A stretch of DNA of 64,000 bases. It comes from Mobula birostris. Lineage: Eukaryota. The DNA lies in assembly GCF_030028105.1 (NCBI RefSeq), contig NC_092398.1:24815649-24879648 (forward strand), given 5' to 3'. A model generated the notes under the pieces. The model had not been told where the DNA came from. It ran no database searches and was given only the letters and a program-made list of their open reading frames with translations. The translations under genes and the position numbers were made by a program. The first letter of the stretch is position 1; every line of letters starts with the position of its first letter. Below, one piece after another: positions 12,296 through 24,526 of the stretch.

Positions 12296-12782
12296 TTTTG
12301 TCGTCAATGATTTGCAGAAGCGTTGATAAACTCGAACTGTACCATCGGCTTCAGAGGACGATGGAGACAGGCGTTTATCGATGGCCTATGCCCAAGTGAG
12401 TATGTAAGGTGAGTGAGTAAGGGTGTCAAAGGTGACAGAGAGAAAGTAGGAAAATGGAGTTGATGGGGGCATCAAATCAACCATGATGGGGTGATGGAGC
12501 AGGCTCCATGGGCTGCATGGCCTAAACCTGCTCCTCGGTCTTATTCTCACTGAGCAAAAACAGCCTCGTCCCTTCCTTCAGTTTTTTTGGAACCCAACCT
12601 TGTTATTCTATTTTTTTCACTTCTTAGTTATTTTGAACATTTATACTAATCTTTTTATCTCTTTGCTCCGACCTTCACGTCACAGAAGTCAGTGATGATA
12701 AATCTGATTTGAGAATAGTGCAGAGACGGTTTCCCAGCTTAATCCACATTGATGAAGCTCTGTAAGCCTCTCAGCCACTTGC

Positions 12783-12896
12783 CCTTCGACGTGCAGCAGT
12801 ACAAGATTCCAGTCACCACCATTGCGCACAGCCCGAGTATCCCCACGACAGCTCCAACAATCATCAAAGCTTCATTCTCAACCAGTGCGTTGTGTT
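12783..12896 (-). CDS. Connecting-peptide/transmembrane exon of the MHC class I-like gene, unit 1
   Basis: Acceptor ttttctcctcag|AA is phase 1, matching the C1 donor. Encodes EHNALVENEALMIVGAVVGILGLCAMVVTGILYCCTSKG. Ends either at a GC donor (G|GCAAGT) or reads through to TAA at 12739-12741. Not present in the ORF track. Confidence 0.8.
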
Positions 12897-12957
12897 CTGA
12901 GGAGAAAACCTTGGAGGTTCTGTCGTTGTGTTAAGTCATGTTTCATATCATATCATT

Positions 12958-13590
12958 AAGTTCAAAGTTAATTTATTATCAGAGTACTTACGTTTATGTC
13001 AACCTATGCAACTCTGAGGTTCAATCTCCTGTGGGCATAATCGGCAAATCTATAGAGTAGTAACTAGAACGGGATCAATGAACCATCAACTTGACTGCAG
13101 AAGACAACAAATTGTGCCACTGTGCTGTGCAATAAATAAATAGCATCAAATAACCAGAAACTGAGATAAAGAGTCCTTAAAGAGAGATCATTGGTTGTAG
13201 GAGCATCTTAATGGATGGACAAGTGAGTGTAACCAAGAGCCCGATGGCTGAGGGATGGTAACTGATTCTGAACCTGGTGTTGTGAGTCCCGAGGCTCCTG
13301 TACCTTCGACCTGATGGCAACAGCGAGAGAAGTGCATGGCCTGGGTGGTGGGGATCTCTGACAAAGTATACTGCTTTCCTAAAATGTTGTTTCATGTAGA
13401 TGTGATCAATGGTTGGGAGGGCTTCACCCGTGATGTACTGGACCAAATCCATTATCTTTTGTAGGATTTTCCACTCAAAGGCACTGGTGTTTCCATACCA
13501 GTCTGTAATGCAGCCAGTCAATTCACATCCAGAAAAGTTTGTCAAAGTTTCAGTGTCAGGTCAAATCTCCAGTGACTCCTAAGGAAGTAG
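12958..13590 (-). mobile_element. Rex1/Babar-type LINE 3' fragment (unit 2 copy at about 41478-42110)
   Basis: WYGN...DPHHPGH...LPSGRRYRS motif typical of the Rex1/Babar C-terminus. Confidence 0.8.
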
Positions 13591-13792
13591 GGACAAGTCT
13601 ACTTCCTTAAGAGGTGACTTGTTGTGAGCAGCTGCCATGGGAATCATCAAATAATCCCATTGTTCAGGACTACAACAGCTGAAATGCGTGGTCTCGGCTA
13701 TGGATGCTTCAGTAAATAACACATTTCACAACGTATCCCAAAGATATTAAACCTGATTCTGTTTTGTAAAGGCATGTTCAATGTACGAGGAG

Positions 13793-16700
13793 CAGGGGCA
13801 GCGCTAAGTTGGTGCTAGCTGGGGCTATAGCACCAGCAGACATTGCAATAGCTCCACCATAGCACCACCAAGAAATTAACTGCAGCTGCTTTGCTTTCCT
13901 TATATAGTTTTTGAAATAGCTTGTTTCCCCAGTTGATCTAGTGAAACAGCACCCCCAATTACCGTAGCAAACACGCAGCAATAAAGTTATAAACTCTCTC
14001 AGATCCACTCTGCACTTCTGCTTATTCGTTCGTTGTCAATGTCTTGCAGTTGCGTTCCTCAGATCAGTTAAGCTGATCTAAGGTCACTTAAGGTGGTGAC
14101 GTCACTCACACTCACTCACGCGAGAGATTGATAGTATACATCCAGGCGCAGATCCGTGGTCTCGCGAGACTAACAGATGCCACACGCGCGCACTGTGCTT
14201 TTACAAGCGAGCGTGGGCCTGGCACGTGCATTATTTTGGCCGGCGTGAAAAATTGATCGATTTTTAATCAGAAAACGACCTCATCCAGAGGAATCAGTGG
14301 TGTCTCTGCCTGAGCATGTCTTAATTGAAAGTGACATGCAGAAAGAAGTAAGTGGGGATGAGGACGACAGCAGCTCATCGAAGGAGTGTGTGGGCGAAGT
14401 AGAGGAACAGGAAATGGAGCGGGATTCGGAAGAGAACGTGGATGAAGCTGCTCTTAGTGTGAGTGGAAATACTGTTAGCGGTGATAGCCAGCAGCCTGAG
14501 GAAGGACCCCGTCGGCCAGCATTGAAAAGGTACCCTTCGCAACAGTTTGGCAATCACAAAGGAGTATTCGTAGCTGGTTTGACCTGTACTCCTTGCTGGA
14601 ATATTCAATCACAAAAGATGTTACATTCTGCTTCGCATGCAGACATTTCCCGTGTGGACAACCTGGGTTTTATTCTGAGTCTACCTTCACTGTCACAGAT
14701 TACCGCAACTGGCGGAAAGCTACAACAGCTTTCAAAACCCACCACCTAAGTGCAGCTCATAAATTGGCTATGGAGGCATGGGGCGAATTCAGATTGAGAA
14801 AACAAGACGGTTCAAGATTGGGAAATATGCTTGATAAAAGACATGCAAACATTGTCCAAGGAAGTCGTGAGTATATGTGAGCAGTGTTTGTGTCTCTACG
14901 CTATACTGCGTGCCAAGGCATTGCCCAGCGAGGATACCTGGAGAATGATGGATCTGGCAATGGGGGAAACTTTGTTGAGTTGCTCAGTGTAATTGGGAAG
15001 TTTGATAAGACTGCAGCAAAAAAGAAGAATAGAGGACAATCCTGGAAATACAAAAAACACAAATCACCATATCCAAAATGAAATTAGGAGTATTATGGCA
15101 GATATGGTCGGACGTCAAATAAGTGCAGCAATCCAGGAGGCTGGATATTTTGCCAGCATGCTGGATGAAAGTAAGGACTTGAGTAAAAAGGAGCAAGTAT
15201 CAGTGGTGGTGCGGTATTTGAATAAAGAAACAGTGCTTGAAGAATTCTTGTACTTCTCTCCAGCAGAAGGGTTGGACGCAGAGTCGCTTCTTAAAAGCAT
15301 TGAACAGACGCTCGCCCAGTGCGTTATTAATAAGAACGCGTGTATAGGTCAGTGTTATGACGGGGCGGCAGTGATGTCCGGGTGCAATAACGGGGTACAA
15401 GAGAGGCATTATATATACACTACCATGCTCACAGACTTAACCTTGGTTTAGTGGATGTTGTAAGCAATGTACCAGAAGCGGGTGTGTTTTTTTGAAACTG
15501 TGCAGCTGCTTTGCAACTTCTTTTCAAACTCTGCTCCCCACGATCTTTTCATGAAGAAACAGAGAGAATTGGAATCAACTGCACAGCCCGTGGAGTTGAA
15601 AAAAATGCCAGATACACACTGGGCATGGCGGTATACAGCTTTGTGGGTGATAAGGAAATCACTCTCCGCCATTCTTGCGACACCACAGGATATTATGGTT
15701 CAACCAAATGCACGGAGGGAAACGGAGGCCAGAGCTTTAAATGGACTGATTGACGCGCAGTTTGCTTTACTTCTCTCTCTGTTTGAGGATTTATTCGGAG
15801 TCACTAAGTTCATGTCAGACCAGCTACAATCTCCCAGTTTGGAGCTTTCATCCGCTGTGGACTTGGCTCAGTCTGTTATCGATGCACTCTCAGCAAAACG
15901 GGGAGAGGAATCATGAAGTGAAATTCAGACAAGAGCTAGGGACCTGTGCGTCAAGGCCGGTATACAGAGCAGAGCAGATGGAAGGAGACGGGCCCAGCCA
16001 CCCCGCCGCCTACATCTTTTTGTTGTTGAGGCCCAAACTGAACGCACACCTGTCACATCCTATGATGACCTTCGCAGCCACAGTTTCTATCCAGTTATAG
16101 ACAGACTTCTGACTGAAATGGAAAGACGGTTCTCAATTTAGACTGGGGGTGTTCTGACTGGACTCTTGGCATTGACTCCCAAACACAAGCTCTTCCTAGA
16201 AAAGAATTGTCTTTGGCCAATGGCCCAATCCTATGGGGTGACTGAAGTGAACCTGACTGCAGAGCTACATCAGGTTCGGCGTCTGCTGGAAACAAAACAA
16301 AAGCAAGGACAGACAATGAATGACACAGTGGAATTTCTAGCTCTAATGAGACCCGACGGCGATGCATTTATAGATTTATACAAACTGATCTGCATATCAC
16401 TGACTCTGCCTGTTACATCTGCCTCATGCGAACGGAGTTTCTCTTGCCTCAGACGCGTCGAAAACTACTTAAGGAACAGCAGCGGCGATGCTCGGAACAG
16501 CAACTTGGCTCTGTTGACCATAAACAGCCGGAGGACCAAAGCACTTGACATCCAGAAAATCATTGATGCTTTCGCCACCAATCACAACAACGGACGGATT
16601 TTGCTTGTTTGAAAATATTAATGGTAGGTGCAGTTGATTTTTTCAAAATTTGGGCCAAGACTAATACTGATTATTATTATTATTTTGTGGTGGATACCCC

Positions 16701-17332
16701 AAAGTCCTTATCTTTCCTGCAGATCCTAAAATATTACATTCACTGCTATTAAGCCTACTCGTTTTGCCTGGACTTCCAAACGGTGATTCTGTTGATTTGT
16801 GTTTTAAATGCAGTAGCCGAACTAATTGAGGTATTGCATGGTCAGAGTACGATTTGTCCAACGCCTAGTAAAGTCTTGCATCTGTTGTTTGCCTTATTTG
16901 ACTTTAATAACGGTGTATCGTTTGGCATTGCTGTCTAGGTAATGCGATTAGCAGTGGGTTCGTTTTGTGTTTTTCAGTTGAAAAGCACGCATTAGACGCT
17001 GATTGCGGGATCGGTGCGTGATTCACGTTGTCCGCTGTTGCTCGGATACTGTTTGTTTTCTTTCGTTGTTTATGCTCCGTGTAGCCCAGGTTGTCCTCGA
17101 TGCCGTGTGACACGGTAACAGTTCACTTCTATATTAGATCTATCAATTGCTTTTGCTTGTGAATCAATAGAGGCATTTACAGTGGGCACATAATGCTTGA
17201 AACTGACTTTTTAACGCCACGCGTCTGGCCTTGCGAATACATATTACCATACAGTGCATCCCTCAGCACCATTACTGAATCATTCAGCCCCTCCGCAGCA
17301 CCAGCAAGAAAAATTCTCTTGCGCCGTCACTG
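13793..17332 (+). mobile_element. Full-length decayed hAT transposon (ZMYM1/DUF4371-like transposase pseudogene, about 14252-16612)
   Basis: Imperfect TIRs CAGGGGCAGCGC / CAGTGACGGCGC; 8-bp TSD ACGAGGAG / ACGAGGTG. Motifs CFACRHF, DESKD, CYDGAAVMSG and PVTSASCERSFS. Start codon is ATT (xDRFLIRKR), with stops and frameshifts. Confidence 0.92.
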
Positions 17333-17440
17333 ACGAGGTGCATTTGATGGGTCTGGGCCTGTACTCACTGGAGTTTTGAAGAATGAAGGGAGATCCTATG
17401 AAATATTAGAAGTCCTAGATAGAGAGGATGTTTCCTATAC

Positions 17441-18590
17441 CTGGGCCTTAGCACTCAGGTCTGCAGCTGGATTTTCAACTTCCTCACAGTCAGAACCCAG
17501 GCTGTAAAAATAGAGGACAAGCTCTCCTCTACAACCACTCTGAGCACCGGTGCCCCACAAGGCTGTGTACTCAGCACCCTGCTGTACTAACTCTACACCC
17601 ATGATTGTGTAGCCAAGTTTCCATCAAACTCAATAGATAAGTTTGCTGATGACACAACAATTGTAGGCCGTAGCTCGGGTAATGATGGGTTTGAATACAG
17701 AGGGGAATTTAAGAACCTGGTGGCATGGTGTGAAGACAGTAACCTATCCCTCAACGTCAGTAAGACGAAAGATCGGTTGTTGAATTCGGAAGGAGTAGCA
17801 GACCGCACGACCCAATTTCCATCCATGGTGCGAAAGTGGAACAGGTCAAAAGCTTTAAGTTCCTCGGGGTCAATATCACACATAACCTGACTTGGTCCAA
17901 CCAAGCAGAGTTCACTGCCAAGAAGACCCACCAGCGCCTGTACTTCCTGAGAAAACTGAAGAAATTTGACCTGTCTCCTAAAACCCTCACTAATTTTTAT
18001 ATATGCACCGTAGAAAAGCATTCTTCTCGGGTACATCAGAACCCGGTAGGGAAGTTGTCCTGTCCAAGACCGAAAGAAGTTGCAGAAGATCGTGAACACT
18101 CCGCAGCGCATCACACAAACCAATCTTCCATCCTTGGACTCACTTTACACCGCACGCTGTCGGAGCAGTGCTGCCAGGGTAACAAAGGACACGACCCACC
18201 CAGCCAACATACATTTTTCGTCCTTCTTCCTTCCGGGAGAAGGCTCAGGAGCTTGAAGACTCGTACGCCCAGATTTGCGAACAGCTTCTTTCCAACTGTG
18301 ATAAGACTACTGAACAGATCTTGACCCGGATCTGGGCCGTACCCTCCAAATATCCGGACCTGCTTCTCCGTTTTTTTGCACAACCTTACTTGCCATTTTT
18401 CTAATTTTCTATGTACGATTTATAATTTAAATTTTTAATATTTACTCATTTTAACTAGATTTACTATTTTAAATATTGAATATTTGTGATCCAGGGAGTG
18501 TGAAGCGCAGAATCAAATATCGCTGTGATGATTTTACGTTCTAGTATCAATTGTTTGGCGACAATAAAGTATAAAGTATAAGTATAAGCA
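17441..18590 (+). mobile_element. Rex1/Babar-type LINE, RT C-terminal half and 3' end
   Basis: [22 protein letters not shown]...QRLYFLRKL; (AAGTAT)n tail. Confidence 0.88.
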
Positions 18591-19269
18591 GAAGTGTAAG
18601 TATAGGAGGGGAGTCCAGGACAAGAGAGCACTGCCTTGTAATAGAAAGATGTCCATTTAAAACAGAGATGAGGAGGAATTTCTTTAGCCGGAGGGTGGTG
18701 AATCTGCAGAATTTGTTGAGTTCTGTTCATTTGGGCTATGAAATTATTTAAGACGCATGCGCACTCTCCCAGTTATACGCGTGCACGCGGAAGGAGGAAG
18801 AGGAACTGTGGGATGTAAAGGTGGCGGCCTTGGGTATTGGCCGTTATCAGTGGTAGCGGAGGACGGTTACGATCTATCGACCTCTGGGGTATGGGCCCTG
18901 CGCACTTCTGAGTATGTTTGAAGCAGAGGTCGATAGGTTCCTGATTGGAAAGAACATCAAAGGTTACGGGGAGAAGTCAGGAGACTGGGGTTAAGAGAGA
19001 CAATGAATCTGTCACGATTGAATCCCACAGTAGACTTGATGAGCCAAATGGCCCAATTCTGCTCCTAGGGCTTATGGTTTTATGGTATCTAAGCTGTCTG
19101 ACTTGATTCTCACAATTGACAGCAGAGAGGATGAGAGAGGTCTTGAGCAGTTGGGACTTGCTTCTGGACAAAAACGGGCCACGATGGATTCTGTGTCAAG
19201 TTGACATCAGTGAGAATACGGTAGTGTTGACAGGGTCAGGCGACATTTCTTCAACTTGCCCGTTCTTAC

Positions 19270-19539
19270 CTAGAGGTATCATAAGCTTCCCACTGACAGC
19301 CTCGTGTTCCATCTGACAGACGTACCCGTGGCTGTCTCCATCTAGGGGGCGGACATTCCTAACTTGAAAGGTTCCATTGCTTTCAGGGACAACGTTGGTC
19401 GTGTCTGATCCATTGTCAGCGATTTCCCCGTTTCTGACACAGTGCACTTTAATGTCCCGAGGGAAGAAGTTCTTGGCCGTGCACACCAGATATATTAAGC
19501 CTCGTATCTTCTGAGTCAAGGCTCTGGTATAGGTAGGAG
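19270..19539 (-). CDS. Ig C1-set (MHC class I alpha3-like) exon, unit 1, open
   Basis: 270 nt, phase 1/phase 1. Acceptor ttctccaattccgtcacag|CT, donor CTAG|GTAAG. Encodes LVCTAKNFFPRDIKVHCVRNG...PESNGTFQ...YVCQMEHEAV. Confidence 0.85.
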
Positions 19540-19642
19540 CTGTGACGGAATTGGAGAACAGTGTATGAGTTCAAAGTAGCTTAGCTCTCTTGTGACTGGA
19601 CGGTATGGACACAACTTCACTCTGTGCCTGACCCAAGGAGTG

Positions 19643-19945
19643 GTAGATTCTGAGATCAAGAGTCCATCTTATCATACGACAGAACCACTTAATACTTTTA
19701 TAACAGCGAGGATAAGCTGTCCTTAAACCTAGTGGGATGTCCTTTCATGATTTTGTATCTCCTGCCCGATAGGAGAGGTGAGAAGTGAGAATCTCTAGGG
19801 GTGGGTGGGATCTCTCATCATTCTGGCTGCTGTACTCAGGCAGCGAGATATCTATTGAGGGGAAGCTGCTTTCCGTGATGTGCTGAGATGTGTCCATGGC
19901 TCTCCGCTGTCTCTTGTGGTCACGGGCAGAGCAGTTGCCGCACTG
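19643..19945 (-). mobile_element. Rex1/Babar-type 3' fragment present only in unit 1
   Basis: GNCSARDHK...HITESSFPSID remnant and a family-typical 3' end. Confidence 0.65.
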
Positions 19946-20124
19946 AGCGTCGATGGATCTGGAGAGCGAGCAGAGGGCACGTTCTGACCGGCTGATCCGC
20001 TATACTGCCGGGAACTCTGCACCTCTGGCCCGTACCACTGAACGGACCGAACGTGGGCGACACCTCACACATACACAGACAAGCAAATATTAAACTCCAC
20101 CCTTCAAAGCCGCCAAGATCTTCT

Positions 20125-20556
20125 ATAAGACAATAGGATATAGGACCAGAATCCAACCATTCAGTCGATCGAGTCTGCTCTGTTGTTCCACAATGACTGA
20201 TTTATTATTCCTCTCAACCTCACTCTGCAGCTTTCTCCCAACTTTGTCTTTGCTAATCAAGAGCCGATCAACCTCCACTTAAAATCTCCCCAATGATTTG
20301 GCCTCCACAGCGTTTGTGGCAATGAATTCCACACATTCACCACTCACTGGCTAAAGAAATTCCTCCTCACCTCTGTTCTAAAAGGATGCCCCTCTATTCT
20401 GAGGCTGTGCCCTCTGGTCCTAATCTCCCCCGTTATAGGAAACGTCTTCTCCACATCCACTCTATCCAGGCATTTCAATATTTGACAGATTTCAGTGAGA
20501 TCCCTCCTCATTAATTAAAATCCAGCGAGCTCGTGCCCAGACTATTAAATACTCCT
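20125..20556 (-). mobile_element. CR1 3' fragment present only in unit 1
   Basis: Homologous to the 3' RT/UTR of the other CR1 copies in the window. Confidence 0.75.
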
Positions 20557-23107
20557 GTGTTGGTGCCTGTGTTGTGGCTCAGAACTGAGCACACCCCGAC
20601 TTTCCCTTTGGCTAGAAGTGTTTAGTTCCATGCCAGTGACAGGTTAATTTGGTGAGCAAGAAATTAACAAATGGAGAATAATGGTGGGAAAGTACGTGGT
20701 TATCCATGTCACAGTGCGGAATGGGAGAGTACATTTTTGCAAGATGTCCCAGTACAAGGGACTAGTATATGGAACTTGAAAAGTTAGTTTGCAGATACAG
20801 TAAGTAATTACAAAATCGCCCTCACTCCCGGCCCCACACTTACCCCGGAGAACCACGTCCTGAATAGCAGCATCAACTGATACGGGAACTGCACTACCGC
20901 AAGTCACAAGATCCGACATCATGTAGTGAGGACTGTAATAAGCCAGTATCATTATGCTGTCTTACGTAAAGATGCAGCTCACACCGCATCACAACTTGTC
21001 AGTGTTCAGGACAGGCCTCTCGGATCTGTGCTAATATCATTTTGTGAATGTACGTTCAAGCCTATGTCAGTCCCAGCTGCCTAGATACACAAGCCAGGGC
21101 AGTACGATCTGGAGAGCAAGTTGCTGCCCATGTGACAAGCTCCCCCTCTCCTCGCATCTGATGAACCCAAAGGAACGGCAGAGACCGATACAGTTCGGTA
21201 CCAGCAGTGTCGCAGGAGTTGCCAGTCAGTGTTGACCTCAATGCCTGAGGGACTCCAGCTCCGGATTTTTCCCTCGGGATTTACTCTCTAAGACTTCCTC
21301 GTGAGTGGGTACGGCCGCAATGCAGCGAAGGTTTGAGGTCAGAGTTTTCCTTTCTCTCAGATGAGCTGCCAATCACAGCTGGCGAGTTCCATATGCCCAG
21401 AGCAATTGGGACTAAGGAATCAGTAATCTGCCTTTGCTCTTTCTCCTGTCAGTAGAAACATTTCCGCCGGGCTTCGTAGCTAAACCACACATGAAGGTCA
21501 GGAGCTGGACTTGGCTGTCAGAGGCTATTTGAGGTGCACACCATCGGGAACATCTAATAGCTAGTGGGAGCTTGTCCACATTACCACACTCGGCTATAAA
21601 AATCTTAAGTGACTTTATGTGTTTTCCATCTTGGTCCCAGAGGAACGATCTTTCCTTTAGTTGTATATAGGTGTATGGTTGAATGACAGTAAACTGGAAC
21701 TAGATCAAATAGAACGATGGCCTCTATTGTGAAGGACTTGGCATATGGAAGCACAGATGAATGTTTATAAGGATGTTGGTAAGACTATGCCTGGTGTACT
21801 GTGTACAGTTCTGATCTTGGTCCTTAATGCAGAACACGTTTTCAGGGTGAGTTCTGGAGATGAAGGGATTGATATATAAGGGAAGGTATGAACAGTTAGG
21901 GTCTAAATTTGAGAGAGAGAGAGAAAGACATCAAGGTTGTGCGTACTGTCATCTGTGTAGGTGCAATGAAAGCCATAGAACATATAACACAGCACAGGCC
22001 ATTTCGCCCACAACCTTTTAACTTCTTCCACGAGCAGCTGTGCAGGCCAAGTCACTGGGTACATTTAAGGCAGCGATAGATAGGTTCCTGTTTAGCCAGG
22101 GCATCAAAGGGTATGGGGAGAAGGCAGGGAAGTGGGGATGACTGGTAGAATTGCATCAGCCTATGATGGAATAGCAGAGCTGACTTGATGGGCCGAATGG
22201 CCTACATCTGTTCCTATACCTTATGGTCTTATGGTCACGGGGAGAACATTCGAAGTCAGATTATGTTAATTAGACAGTTTAGATTAACCTTTGTTTGTAA
22301 TCTACACTTCTGCTGCTGAAAAAATTGATTTTGATGGTATTTATACCGATTGAGGCCCTCTGTTGTTCCAGGTTGACCACGGAGTCCTAGCTGTCTGCAT
22401 GATACGCAAGATAGTACACAACTCAGAGCCGTTGCCGACACAACAGGCTCCCCCCTCTCCATGCTGCTGATAAAGCCAAAGGAATGCCAGACACCGATAC
22501 AGTTTGGCACCAGCAGCATCGCAGTCGTTGCTAGTCAGTGTTGAACTCAACGTTCGACTGCCTTACCTGGCTCTAGATTTTTCCCTCGGGGTTTACTCCC
22601 AAAGCCTTCACCATGGAAGGCAGCGGAGGTTTGAGATCAGACTTTTCCTTCTCATCCATGGGATGCTGACCACAGCTGATGAGCCCCATCTGCCTGAAGC
22701 GGTTGGTTTTACGGGACCAATAACCCACATTTGCCCTTTCCACTGTTAGTAGAAATGGTTCTGCTGGGTTTAACAGCTAAGCGACATGTGAAGTTCCAGG
22801 ATCTACACTTTGATGTCAGAGGCTATTTGAGCTGTGCACCATTGGGAGCTCATTCCAACTACCTTCCCAGGCTTTAACAACCTTAAGGAATTTGTATTTA
22901 TAAGCTGTGCATCTGTTCCCATGATAATAAACTTGAACAAGAGAGAATGACCAGCAGAGGGGGCTATAGGGCAATGCTTACTCCAGACATCTGTCAGGAA
23001 TGGCAGATGAAGTTCAATTCAGATAAATGCAAGGTGTTATATTTTCATGCATCAAACCAAGACAGGGCATACACAGTGAACAGTCAAGTCCTGGTGAGTG
23101 TTGCAGA

Positions 23108-23581
23108 CACTGTTCTCTCTCACCTGTATGTGTGTGCGACCATGCAGTAACTGAAATGCTCCCGCGCACATAGCCGTTGCTACTGCGCAGCTGAAATTCT
23201 CTTTTATATCATGTTAATATAATTTTGAAATGATGCCAATATAATTTTGGAATCTATGTTAACATAATTGAGAAACATCCTGTAATTAGTTATCTTAATG
23301 AATAGAGTTTATTAATTTTCTAAATAGTAAACATACCACAAACTTTGAAACATTTTAGAGTTTCAATGCATTTACATTGTCAATGTTACAAGTTACAACA
23401 CTGTTACAAATTGTAACAATGAACACAGAATGGAAGTCGGCCGCTCATTGTTAATAAACTGCCGGCCTGCTGAAAGTTGATGCTGTCATATTCATATTAA
23501 AAAAAAAGATTTAAAGTGCCAGGTAGTTTTCAGAGCAGTGGTTTGCACACACAGTGGTAAAAATAATTAGAGGGAAGGTCG
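23108..23581. mobile_element. 474-bp hAT MITE inserted in a CR1 fragment
   Basis: TIRs CACTGTTCTCTCTCA / CGACCTTCCCTCTAA and 8-bp TSD GTTGCAGA. The CR1 RT sequence resumes across the insertion. Confidence 0.75.
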
Positions 23582-23922
23582 GTTGCAGAACAGAAAGACT
23601 AAGGTGTGTTGGTACATAAAACCTTAAAGTGACGACACGGACAGGGAGGTAAAGAAGGTGTTTGTACACGTGCCGTCATCGGAAGGGCACTGAATACAGG
23701 AGTTGGGATGTCACGTTGTAACTGTACAAAGACTTCAAAGACAAAGTAACAAAGTACGCATCCTGTAGTGGGCTGGGTTGATCAGACCGAAACTAATCGA
23801 GTGTCCGGCAAATGTAATAAGTAAACAGATCCGACAAAGGAACTTAAGCCCAATTTATTATCACAAAAATAGAAAGGCACACAAAATACTCCGTACCAAG
23901 TCACAAAGATTCCAGCACTCAC

Positions 23923-24020
23923 AATTCTTAGTGACCAGTTGATTGTTGTTGGGAGAACTGCGAACTCCAACTCGCTCGTGAAACCATCCTGGGTCGTAGG
24001 CATCGAACGCGGTTTCCAGT
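23923..24020 (-). other. Orphan 98-nt exon-like segment (unit 2 copy at 49843-49940)
   Basis: Pyrimidine-rich acceptor gattctttag|AC and donor ATT|GTGAGT, in a CpG-containing non-repeat island between LINE fragments. Confidence 0.4.
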
Positions 24021-24499
24021 CTAAAGAATCCACGGAAAATTGCTCCAGTAAACAGGAGATCCACAAACGTAGAGAGAGATACACAGAGACAGACAGATGC
24101 CTTGATCTTTTGCCCTCCTGCCATTAACCCAGCCTGCTTTCCTTCATTCATTAACGCAGTGTTCAGCATACCCTTAACATAGAACATAGAACATAGAATA
24201 GTACAGCACAGTACAGGCCCTTCGGCACACAATGTTGTGCCGACCCTCAAACCCTGCCTCCTGTATAAGCCCCCACCTTAGATTCCTCCATATACCCTTA
24301 CTAATCAGTTGGGCACTGTAATGGTCAGCCTTTATCCATCAGTCCACCAATGTTTAGGACATAACGTTCCTTGAAATTACAGACGATTAGTGCATCTTAA
24401 ATGCCCTGCCTCTTCCCACTTTCAATACCCTGCCCTAAATACCCTATAAACCTTTACGTGCCTAAATGTTTCTAAATGCCTAACTGCCCGGATTTTCAT

Positions 24500-24526
24500 A
24501 TCATCATCATCATCATCATCATCATC
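24500..24526. repeat. (ATC)9 microsatellite; unit 2 has (ATC)11 TTC (ATC)2 at 50420-50461
   Basis: Seen directly. Confidence 0.95.

Noticed and set aside
14297-16612. Domesticated ZMYM1-like gene
   Set aside because: It has TIRs and a TSD, a mutated start codon, and multiple stops and frameshifts shared by both copies.
23782-24084. 100-aa ORF as the TM exon of the C1 gene
   Set aside because: It is upstream of the C1 exon in the same unit, and a much better TM exon lies downstream at 12783-12896.
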